Source: Gemmatimonadota bacterium
Lineage (GTDB): Bacteria > Gemmatimonadota > Gemmatimonadetes > Gemmatimonadales > GWC2-71-9
Length of the DNA: 58,828 nt
Assembly: GCA_003221995.1 (NCBI GenBank)
Contig: QHUR01000103.1
Span: forward strand, 1-58,828
Direction: 5' to 3'
Shown: positions 36,527 through 44,180 of the stretch, in pieces
How the letters are laid out: each line of letters starts with the position of its first letter
How positions within the stretch are numbered: position 1 is the first letter of the stretch
Made by a program: the position numbers and the translations under genes
The notes under the pieces: model-generated
What the model was told of the DNA's origin: nothing
Seen by the model: the letters and a program-made list of their open reading frames with translations, nothing else
The model's database searches: none

Positions 36527-37665
36527 CGAGCTGCCTCGCCGTCGGGCTGATGTCGGGCACGTCGCTCGACGGCGTGTCGACGGCACTGGTACGGCTCTCG
36601 GACGACCCTCTCGCTGCGCAGCTCGTCGCGTTCCGCCAGGAACCCTACACGGCAGCCGAGCGCGGAGCGATCATCGACGTCATCGCACGCGGGCGCGCCC
36701 AGGATCTCTCGATGCTGCACGTCGCCCTGGGGGAGCGCTTCGCGGGCGCCGCGCTCCAGCTGCTCGCCGGCGGCAGGGTCGCGCCCCGCGATGTTGCCTT
36801 CATCGCGTCGCACGGCCAGACGATCTGGCACGAGCCGGGCCGGGCTACGCTGCAGCTCGGCGATCCGGCCGTGATCGCCGAACGCGTCGGTGTGCGGGTC
36901 GTGAGCGACTTCCGGTCGCGCGACGTCGCCGCGGGCGGGCAGGGGGCGCCGCTCGTCCCCCTCGCGGACGTGATGCTGTTCGGGCATCCCGAGCGCGGGC
37001 GCCTGCTCCTCAATCTCGGCGGGATGGCGAACATCACGTGGGTGCCGCGCCGCGGCGTGATCGACGGTGCGGTCGCCTTCGACACCGGCCCCGGCGTCGC
37101 GGTGATCGACGCCGTGACGCGGCGCGTCGACTCCGACGCCGCGTACGACCAGGACGGGGAGCGGGCGCGCCGCGGCCACCCCGACCTGAAGGCGCTGCAC
37201 CAGCTCCTCGGCGACCCGTTCTTCGACCAGGCGCCGCCCAAGAGCACCGGACGCGAGCGCTTCGGGATCGAGTTCGCAGACCGGCTGATCGCGCTGGTGC
37301 GGGGCGCCGGTGGCTCGGCGAACGACGCCGTGGCGACCGCCACGGCGCTCACCGCGGAAACCGTCGCCCGCGGCATCGAGCGCTGGACCCCCCCTCCCCC
37401 TCCCTCTCCCCCCCCGGGCGCGGCACACGAGCTCGTCATCTCGGGCGGGGGTGCCCGCAACCCGGCCCTGGTGGAGCTGCTCGCGGCGCGGGTGCGGCCG
37501 CGGCCCGTCGTTCCGTTCGACCAGCTCTTCTTCGACGGCGAGGCCAAGGAGGCAGTCGCCTTCGCGTTCCTGGGCTTCCTGACGCTGGCGGGGAAGCCCA
37601 GCAACCTCCCGGCCGCGACAGGGGCGCGCGGGCCCCGCGTGCTCGGCTCCGTCACGCCGGCGTGA
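36523..37665 (+). CDS. anmK: Anhydro-N-acetylmuramic acid kinase
   Basis: 380 aa. GLMSGTSLDGVS, SHGQTIWH, NLGGMANIT and FDTGPG motifs. ATGA overlap with murQ. It is the 3' part of track ORF 35845..37665. Confidence 0.92.
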   Translation: MTSCLAVGLMSGTSLDGVSTALVRLSDDPLAAQLVAFRQEPYTAAERGAIIDVIARGRAQDLSMLHVALGERFAGAALQLLAGGRVAPRDVAFIASHGQTIWHEPGRATLQLGDPAVIAERVGVRVVSDFRSRDVAAGGQGAPLVPLADVMLFGHPERGRLLLNLGGMANITWVPRRGVIDGAVAFDTGPGVAVIDAVTRRVDSDAAYDQDGERARRGHPDLKALHQLLGDPFFDQAPPKSTGRERFGIEFADRLIALVRGAGGSANDAVATATALTAETVARGIERWTPPPPPSPPPGAAHELVISGGGARNPALVELLAARVRPRPVVPFDQLFFDGEAKEAVAFAFLGFLTLAGKPSNLPAATGARGPRVLGSVTPA

Positions 37666-39107
37666 CGACGTCGCTCGCACGGCTCGCGTTCCCCGCCCTG
37701 CGCTGGCGCCCCAGTGGCGGAGGCTTCGACCACGAGCGCGCGAAGATCGACGCCGCCCTCGCGGCCGGCGTCGGCGGCTTCATCATCTTCGGCGGCACCC
37801 GGGACGCCGTCGGCGCGCTCACGCGCGACCTCCGCCAGGGGGCCGGCCGGCCGCTCCTCATCGGCGCCGACTTGGAGCGCGGCGTCGCCCAGCAGGTGCA
37901 GGGCATGACCGAGCTGCCGCCCGCGGCGGCGCTCGGGTTCCTGGGCGACCTCGAGGCGACGCGGACCGCGGGCGTGATCACGGGATCCGAGGCGCGCACC
38001 CTCGGCATCAACTGGGCCTTCGGCCCGGTGTGCGACCTCGACCTCGAGCCCAAAAACCCGATCGTCCAGACCCGGTCATTCGGCAGCGAGCCGCTGCGCG
38101 TCGGCGAGCACGCCGCTGCCTGGCTGCAGGGGTTGCAGGAGCACGGCGTGCTCGGCTGCGCCAAACACTACCCCGGGCACGGCCGTACGCTGCGGGACTC
38201 GCACGAAACGCTGCCCCGCGTGACGACGCCCAGGGCCGAGCTGCTGGCGATCGACGGCGCGCCCTTCGAGCACGCCCTCCGCGCAGGGGTGGGCAGCGTG
38301 ATGAGCGCCTTCGTCGCTTATCCCGACTGGGACCCCTCCGGCCGGGCGGCGAGCTTCTCACCCATCATCCTGGGTCACCTGCGCGAGGCGCTCGGGTTCG
38401 CGGGGTTCGTCGTCACGGACGCCCTCATCATGGCGGGGGCGACGGCGCGGGAAACGGAGCCTTCGGCGACGGTGTCCGCGGTCGCCGCCGGATGCGACGC
38501 CCTCCTCTACCCGGAGGACTTCCGCGCCGTGGCAGCGGCGCTCGACCGGGCGGTGGGGAGCGCGATCCCGCAGACCCGTGCCGACGAGGCGCTGGCCCAT
38601 GGCGAGCAGGCGGCGGCGCAGTGGGGCGGCGGCGCGGACCAGGGCGAACCCGACCTCGTCGCGCACGGCGCGTTCGCCGACGGACTCGCGGACCGGGCGC
38701 TGCTGCTCCACCGCGAGGATCCCCCGTGGCTCCGCGCGCCGCTCGGCGTGCACGTCGTCGACGACGACGTGGGCGGACCGTACACCGTCGGGCCGCGCGA
38801 TGTCTTCCACCAAACGGTGCGAGAGGCTGGAGTGGCGGTGCGGGCGGGGAAGGGGGAAAGGGAAAAGGGGACGAGTGTGGTGCTCGTGTACGCCGAGCCG
38901 CGGTCGTGGAAGGGGCGGGCGGATCTGGGCGTCCGCTCGCTCAGCGCGCTACGTCGGCTCGTGCCGGGGGCCGCGCTGGTAGTGCTGTTCGCGCACCCGC
39001 GGCTCGTGCCGCAGATCTCCGGTGACGGACCGGTGCTGTGCGCCTGGCATGGGCAGCCGCTGATGCAACGCGCGGCGGCGAGATGGGTCCTAAACAGAAT
39101 CCGGTAA
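37662..39107 (+). CDS. nagZ: GH3 beta-N-acetylhexosaminidase (NagZ-like, long form)
   Basis: 481 aa. IGADLERG, NWAFGPVCDL, RSFG, KHYPGHGRT..DSH and VMSAF motifs. GTGA overlap with anmK. It is the 3' part of track ORF 37038..39107. Confidence 0.85.
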   Translation: MTTSLARLAFPALRWRPSGGGFDHERAKIDAALAAGVGGFIIFGGTRDAVGALTRDLRQGAGRPLLIGADLERGVAQQVQGMTELPPAAALGFLGDLEATRTAGVITGSEARTLGINWAFGPVCDLDLEPKNPIVQTRSFGSEPLRVGEHAAAWLQGLQEHGVLGCAKHYPGHGRTLRDSHETLPRVTTPRAELLAIDGAPFEHALRAGVGSVMSAFVAYPDWDPSGRAASFSPIILGHLREALGFAGFVVTDALIMAGATARETEPSATVSAVAAGCDALLYPEDFRAVAAALDRAVGSAIPQTRADEALAHGEQAAAQWGGGADQGEPDLVAHGAFADGLADRALLLHREDPPWLRAPLGVHVVDDDVGGPYTVGPRDVFHQTVREAGVAVRAGKGEREKGTSVVLVYAEPRSWKGRADLGVRSLSALRRLVPGAALVVLFAHPRLVPQISGDGPVLCAWHGQPLMQRAAARWVLNRIR

Positions 39108-39172
39108 GGGCCGGGGAAGGGGGAAGGGTTGGGGGCCCCTTCCCCCTTCCCTCTTCCCCCTTCCCAGCCTTA
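39105..39172. repeat. GGGGAA-type heptamer hairpin with duplicated right arm, between convergent nagZ and the PP2C gene
   Basis: 39114-39128 (GGGAAGGGGGAAGGG) pairs perfectly with 39137-39151. A second copy of the C-rich arm (39153-39165) and the outer TAAGG/CCTTA pair follow. It shares GGCCGGGGAAGGGGGAAGGG with the hairpin at 49740. Confidence 0.85.
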
Positions 39173-39177
39173 CGCTT

Positions 39178-40209
39178 TCACGGACTCCGGGAGACGAGGT
39201 AGACGGCGGCGGCCACGAGAGCCGCCGCGACGACCGCCGCCGCGACCATGCGCCAGCGTGCCCGCCGGTTCGGCACGGGAGGTGGACTCCCGCGGTACAC
39301 GGGGACGGGCTCCGTGCTCGTCTCCGTGTCGATGAGCGGGTACAGCTGGTGTCCCACTTCCCCCTCCCCCCCCGCGGACCGCAACCCCTCGCCGTCGAAC
39401 CGCGCGATGATGACGGTGATGTTGTCGGGGCCACCTCGCTGGTTGGCGAGGGCGATGAGCCGGTCGCACGCCGCCTGCAGGTCCCGTTCGGAATTCACGA
39501 TCTCGGCGATCTCCTCCTTCTTCACCTGACCGGAGAGGCCGTCGGAGCAGAGCACGAGCACGTCGCCGCGCCGGATCTCCTGATGGGTCAAGTCCACCTT
39601 CACCTTGGGATCCGGTCCGAGCGCCTGGAGGATGATGTTCCGCCGCTCGCTCTGCGCTGCCTCCTCCTCGGTCAACTCGCCCGCCTCCACGAGACGCTGC
39701 ATCAGCGACTGGTCCTTCGTGAGCTGGTAAGCCTGGCTGTCGCGGATCAGGTAGGCGCGGCTGTCGCCGACCTGGACGAGGTAGACGTGGTCGCCCAGCA
39801 CCCCTACCGCCGTCGTGGTCGTGCCCATGCCGCGCACCGCGGGATGCGCCTTGGCATGAGCGTGGATCCGGCTGTTGGCGACTTCCACCGCCTCCTTGAG
39901 GCGATAGGCGAACCGCTGGGGGGTGACCTCCCGCTCGCCGCCCCAAGCCCGCACCAGCTGTGAGTAGATCGTTTCGGTCGCCATCTCGCTCGCCAACTCG
40001 CCGGCCGCCGCCCCGCCCATTCCGTCCGCCACGACGAAGATCGAACCGTGCTCTCCGACCACGTGCTCGCGCACGCTGGGTTGCAGGGACGCCTCTTCGC
40101 GCGTGAGATCGGCGATCAGGAAGCAATCCTCGTTGTGGTCGCGGGTCTTCCCGAGGTCCGTCTTCCCGAAGACCTGGATGCGGATGGGCTTGGGCGCGCG
40201 TCGGAACAT
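39178..40209 (-). CDS. PP2C-family Ser/Thr protein phosphatase with C-terminal membrane anchor
   Basis: 343-aa ORF with GKTDLGKTRDHNEDCF, VADGMGG and CSDGL motifs, and the C-terminal TM MVAAAVVAAALVAAAVYLV. Confidence 0.92.
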   Translation of the reverse strand: MFRRAPKPIRIQVFGKTDLGKTRDHNEDCFLIADLTREEASLQPSVREHVVGEHGSIFVVADGMGGAAAGELASEMATETIYSQLVRAWGGEREVTPQRFAYRLKEAVEVANSRIHAHAKAHPAVRGMGTTTTAVGVLGDHVYLVQVGDSRAYLIRDSQAYQLTKDQSLMQRLVEAGELTEEEAAQSERRNIILQALGPDPKVKVDLTHQEIRRGDVLVLCSDGLSGQVKKEEIAEIVNSERDLQAACDRLIALANQRGGPDNITVIIARFDGEGLRSAGGEGEVGHQLYPLIDTETSTEPVPVYRGSPPPVPNRRARWRMVAAAVVAAALVAAAVYLVSRSP

Positions 40210-40266
40210 CGGCCTAGTCGTGCCTGCTGTCGGCCGGATAGTCGGTGGAGCAGAGGGGACAGATCG

Positions 40267-41145
40267 TCACGCCGGAATCTCGATGCGGAGCAGTTTGTCG
40301 CCCACCAGGATGCGCGAGTTGTGCTGCAGCGGGATGTCGCCCCGGGCGGCGAGGGCGATGCCGTTGCGGCTGCCGCCGTCCACGACGACAAAGTCCGCGT
40401 CCTCGGACCGGATGAGCGCGTGCTCGGCGCTCATCGAGGGATCGTAAGGAAAGAGCCACTCGCCGCGCTCCCGGCCGACGCGGATGTCGCGTCCCGGGGA
40501 CAACTGGACGACGTCCCGGACGCTGCCGTCCGAGCGCAGCTGCGTCAGGCTCGCGATGTCGGCGCTGGGCGTCAGGCTGCCCATGCGGTGCGTGGCATCG
40601 GCGTCCGGCGGGTGCGGGCCGGGATATCCCAGCCGGCGGAAGCGGATCACCTGTGCGCCGATCAGCAGCAGGTCGCCGTCGGCGAGCCGATGGGGAGCCT
40701 CGAGAAACACCCACGTGCCGTTGCGGCTGCCCAGGTCCCGCACCACCAGCTGGTCCTGCTCCCACGAGAGCTTCGCGTGCAGCGGCGACATGAAGGAGTC
40801 GTCGGGGAACCGGACGTCGCCGTCCTGGCGGCCGATCGTCGTGTCGAGGGTCTTGCGGTCGAAGCGCTGCACCACGTTGCCCAGTTCGTCCAGGAGCACC
40901 AGCGTGATGGCGTGGCTCGGCCGCGTGGTCGGCGGGGCGGAGGCGCGGACGGGCAGGAACTGCGCTAGCGGCGCGCCGCACACGGCGCAGAAGCGGGTGC
41001 CCACCGTGTCGCGCGTCACGACGGGCGCGGCTGGCGTCGCCACCGCGGCCACCGCCTTCACGCCGCTGGCCTTGCCCACGGGCTTGCCGCAATCCATGCA
41101 GAACTGCGCGCCGGCGTCGTTGTCACGGCCGCAATAGGCGCAGGT
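40267..41145 (-). CDS. Zinc-ribbon plus double FHA-domain protein
   Basis: CAYCG..FCMDCG and FCAVCG ribbons. Two FHA cores (TIGRQ...SPLHAKL...VRDLGSRNGTWV; IRVGRE...SAEHALI...VVDGGSRNGIAL). GTG 41145 is preferred; the track start TTG 41202 coincides with a -35-like hexamer. Confidence 0.85.
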   Translation of the reverse strand, partial: TCAYCGRDNDAGAQFCMDCGKPVGKASGVKAVAAVATPAAPVVTRDTVGTRFCAVCGAPLAQFLPVRASAPPTTRPSHAITLVLLDELGNVVQRFDRKTLDTTIGRQDGDVRFPDDSFMSPLHAKLSWEQDQLVVRDLGSRNGTWVFLEAPHRLADGDLLLIGAQVIRFRRLGYPGPHPPDADATHRMGSLTPSADIASLTQLRSDGSVRDVVQLSPGRDIRVGRERGEWLFPYDPSMSAEHALIRSEDADFVVVDGGSRNGIALAARGDIPLQHNSRILVGDKLLRIEIPA

Positions 41146-41173
41146 CACTGAGCTCGCTGCTCCAGGGGTGCAC

Positions 41174-41202
41174 AAGTTTAGGCTTGGCAATCTATTCCGC
41201 AA
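41174..41202 (-). promoter_or_regulatory. Promoter-like TTGCGG-N17-AAACTT (minus strand) for the FHA-PP2C operon
   Basis: Reverse complement of 41197-41202 and 41174-41179. GGAG lies 11 nt before GTG 41145. Confidence 0.3.
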
Positions 41203-41203
41203 A

Positions 41204-41233
41204 TTGACGCGTCGAAAGGGTCGATGCTAGCTT
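41204..41233 (+). promoter_or_regulatory. Promoter-like TTGACG-N18-TAGCTT for the outer-membrane fusion gene
   Basis: Hexamers at 41204-41209 and 41228-41233. The track start TTG 41232 is part of the -10-like hexamer. Confidence 0.4.
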
Positions 41234-41291
41234 GCGCGCAGTGATCGCCGTTGCACGACGCCATGACGCCACGCTCCGCGAGATCCGCCGG

Positions 41292-44090
41292 ATGCGGCGC
41301 AGCGGGGTGGCGTCGTGGTGTCAGGTGGCGCTGTGCGCGCTGTCGCTCCTCGCCGGCCGGGCCGAAGCCCAGGTCGATCCCTCGGGCCGCTGGCGCACCC
41401 TCCATACGGAGCATTTCCGGATTCATTTCCGCCCCGCCTACCGCGCGGTCGCCGAGCAGGAAGCGCGCGAAGCGGAGCGGGCCTATCGTCTGCTCGCGGG
41501 AGAGCTCCGGGCGCCCCGCGGCGTCATCGACTTCGTGTTGGGCGACGATGTCGACGTCGCCAACGGGGCCACGACGGTGTTCCCCTCGAATCGGGTCTAT
41601 CTCTGGCTGCCGCCGCCCGTCGGCGACCCGGGGCTCGAGCGGTTCGACAGCTGGCTCCGCCTGGTCACGGTGCACGAGCTGACGCACGTCTTCCACCTGG
41701 ACCGGGTGCGCGGCGCGTGGGGGGTGTTGCAGCGCGTGTTCGGGCGCGCGCCGGGGCTCTTCCCGAACGCGTTCCAGCCGAGCTGGGTCATCGAGGGCCT
41801 GGCGACCTACTACGAGTCCAAGTTCACGAACGGGGGGCGCGTGCGGGGCAGCTTCCATACGCAGCTGCTCGCGGCCGACCACGCGGGCGGCGCGTCCCGC
41901 TCCCCGACAAACGCGCTGCTCTTCACCCGCTGGCCGGACGGGCTGGCGCCGTACGCGTACGGCAGCCGGTTCTTTCATTATCTGGCGGGTGCGGCGGGGG
42001 ACTCCGTCGTTCCCCGGTTCGTCGAGGCGACCGCCGGGCAGCTGATCCCGTTCCGCGTGGGGCGCCAATTGGGACGGGCCGGGCCGGGGCGCGAGCTCCG
42101 CGAGGACTGGGCGCGGGCCACCCGGCCCGAGGTCCCGGCCGGCGCGCCGGGCGACGTGCTCGCCCGCGATCTGTGGAGCGAGCCGGCGCCGCAGCTGTCA
42201 CCGGACGGAGGTCGCGTCGCCTACCAGCGTGACGACGCCAAGGGGGCGCGCCAGCTCGTCGTCGTGGACATGCGGGACTGGCGCGTGCTGCGGCACCATC
42301 GCGTCAACGCCGGAGTGAGTTACGACTGGTTGGGCGACACGCTGGTGGTGGCGCAGCTCGATTGGACGTCGCGCTGGCGCCTGCGCAGCGATCTGTATCG
42401 CTGGCTCCCCGACGGTGGGTGGCGCCGAGACACGCGCGGGGCGCGGCTGGTGCGGCCGCGCGCCGGCGGTGCGCGCCTCGCCGCGATCCGCCTCACGCCC
42501 GCGGCCGCCGAGCCCACCCTCCCTGCACCCACGGCGCCGGGGGCCGTGTGGGGGGACGTCGCGCCGTCGCCCGACGGCCGCTGGGTCGCGGCGACCCGCA
42601 ACGCGCGGGGTCATTGGGCGCTGCTGCGCTGGCCGGCCGACTCGCCCCAGGCGGCGACCGTGTTGCGGGCGGCGATGGGTGTGATCTCCGATCCCGTCTG
42701 GACCGGGGACGGCGGGCTGCTGTTCGTGGCGGAGCAGACCGGCTTACCGCAGGTGTACCGCTGGAGCGATTCGCTCGGGCCGGTGCAGCTCACGCGCGAG
42801 CCGCTGGGCGCGCGCGCGCCGGCGCCGCTGCCCGACGGCAGCCTGCTGTACGCGACGCTGTCCGCCCGCGGGTGGCGGCTCTCGCGGAGCCGCCCGGCGG
42901 CGGCGGCCGCGCCCGCGCCGCCCGACGAGCCCGCGCCGTTCGACTCCGCGCCGCCGGTGACGGCGGTCGAGACCGGGTACACCGCGTGGCCGTCCCTGCG
43001 ACCGCGCTTCTGGCTGCCGTACGGCGTGAACACGGGTCCGGCCGGGCGCTTCTTCGGTGGGGTGACCGCCGGCAGGGATGCCGTCGGGCGGGACACCTAT
43101 GCGGGGGAGCTCCTCGTCTCGCCGTCCCCCCTGCGCGCGGCGGGCGGGTTCGCCGCCGTCACGGCGCGGCTCGGCAATCCGACGCTCGATGTCTCCTTCG
43201 ACTCCGAGTGGTCGCTCGCCGTGCGGATCCCCGGCGATACCAGCGTCGCCGAGCGCGACCAGAACGCGGCCGTGGGAGCGAGCTTCGTGGCGCGGCGCTT
43301 CCGGACGTCCGCCAGCCTGCGGGTCGCCGCGGAATACGAGGGCAACCGCTTTGTCGTGCTGCCCGCCGGCACGCCGCTCGCGGCCGCCTGCAGCGCGTGC
43401 CAGGTGCGCGATCTCGTCGGCGGGTCGCTGTCGCTCGGCCTGGCGCACTTCGTGACGGCGCCGCTCGCGATCTCGCGGCAGGACGGGTTCGCGTGGACCG
43501 TCACGTATCGGCGGCGGGAGCAGCAGGGCACCGCCCGTTGGTCCAACGAGCTGCGCACGCGACTCGCGCTGTACGCCCGCGTTCCCGGCCCCGGCGGCTT
43601 CGCGCGTCACGTGCTCGCCGCGCGCTTCGCGGCCGGGGCGACCGGCGGGCCGCTCGCCGACCTGCTCAAGGTGGGCGGCGTGTCGCAAAGCGTGCTGGGT
43701 CTGGGCTTCGCCGGGCCGCTCGGCGGCTCGCGCACGTTCCCGGTGCGCGGCTACCGCGGGAACGCTCTCCTCGGGCGGCGCGCCGCCACGGCGAGCGTCG
43801 AGTACCGCCTCCCACTGGCCCTCGTCGGCGAGTCGCTGGGACATCTCCCCTTCGGCGCCGACAAGCTGTGGCTCGCGCTGTTCGGCGACGCGGGCGACGC
43901 CTGGAACCCGGGCATCGCACCGCGCTTCGCTCGGCTGCGCTCCGTCGGCATCGAGCTCGTCGGCGACGTGACCGTCAGCTACGACTTTCCGCTGGAGGTC
44001 CGGCTCGGCGTCGCGCAACCGCTCGCGACGCCTCCGTCCGGTGACGCGCGCCGCCCGCTCGTCTATCTCGCCCTCGCCGCGGACTTCTGA
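41292..44090 (+). CDS. Outer-membrane fusion protein: MA-clan HExxH peptidase-like domain, PD40/TolB-like repeats, and Omp85-like C-terminal beta-barrel
   Basis: ATG 41292 gives the signal peptide MRRSGVASWCQVALCALSLLAGRAEAQ. Also VHELTHVFH...WVIEGLATYYES, SPDGGRVAY and SPDGRWVAA repeats, a C-terminal VRGYRGN...SVEYRLPL... barrel pattern, and a terminal ...LALAADF. Track start is 41232. Confidence 0.75.
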   Translation: MRRSGVASWCQVALCALSLLAGRAEAQVDPSGRWRTLHTEHFRIHFRPAYRAVAEQEAREAERAYRLLAGELRAPRGVIDFVLGDDVDVANGATTVFPSNRVYLWLPPPVGDPGLERFDSWLRLVTVHELTHVFHLDRVRGAWGVLQRVFGRAPGLFPNAFQPSWVIEGLATYYESKFTNGGRVRGSFHTQLLAADHAGGASRSPTNALLFTRWPDGLAPYAYGSRFFHYLAGAAGDSVVPRFVEATAGQLIPFRVGRQLGRAGPGRELREDWARATRPEVPAGAPGDVLARDLWSEPAPQLSPDGGRVAYQRDDAKGARQLVVVDMRDWRVLRHHRVNAGVSYDWLGDTLVVAQLDWTSRWRLRSDLYRWLPDGGWRRDTRGARLVRPRAGGARLAAIRLTPAAAEPTLPAPTAPGAVWGDVAPSPDGRWVAATRNARGHWALLRWPADSPQAATVLRAAMGVISDPVWTGDGGLLFVAEQTGLPQVYRWSDSLGPVQLTREPLGARAPAPLPDGSLLYATLSARGWRLSRSRPAAAAAPAPPDEPAPFDSAPPVTAVETGYTAWPSLRPRFWLPYGVNTGPAGRFFGGVTAGRDAVGRDTYAGELLVSPSPLRAAGGFAAVTARLGNPTLDVSFDSEWSLAVRIPGDTSVAERDQNAAVGASFVARRFRTSASLRVAAEYEGNRFVVLPAGTPLAAACSACQVRDLVGGSLSLGLAHFVTAPLAISRQDGFAWTVTYRRREQQGTARWSNELRTRLALYARVPGPGGFARHVLAARFAAGATGGPLADLLKVGGVSQSVLGLGFAGPLGGSRTFPVRGYRGNALLGRRAATASVEYRLPLALVGESLGHLPFGADKLWLALFGDAGDAWNPGIAPRFARLRSVGIELVGDVTVSYDFPLEVRLGVAQPLATPPSGDARRPLVYLALAADF

Positions 44091-44128
44091 TCGTGGCCGT
44101 CGTCGCATCGTGGTTCGGCGTCCGCGAG

Positions 44129-44158
44129 TTGACACCCGCTCCGACCGCTCCGTAACTT
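44129..44158 (+). promoter_or_regulatory. Promoter-like TTGACA-N18-TAACTT upstream of the kinase gene
   Basis: Perfect -35 hexamer. GGAG lies 6 nt before ATG 44181. Confidence 0.45.
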
Positions 44159-44180
44159 TCCGCGACTCCCCGGAGACTCG

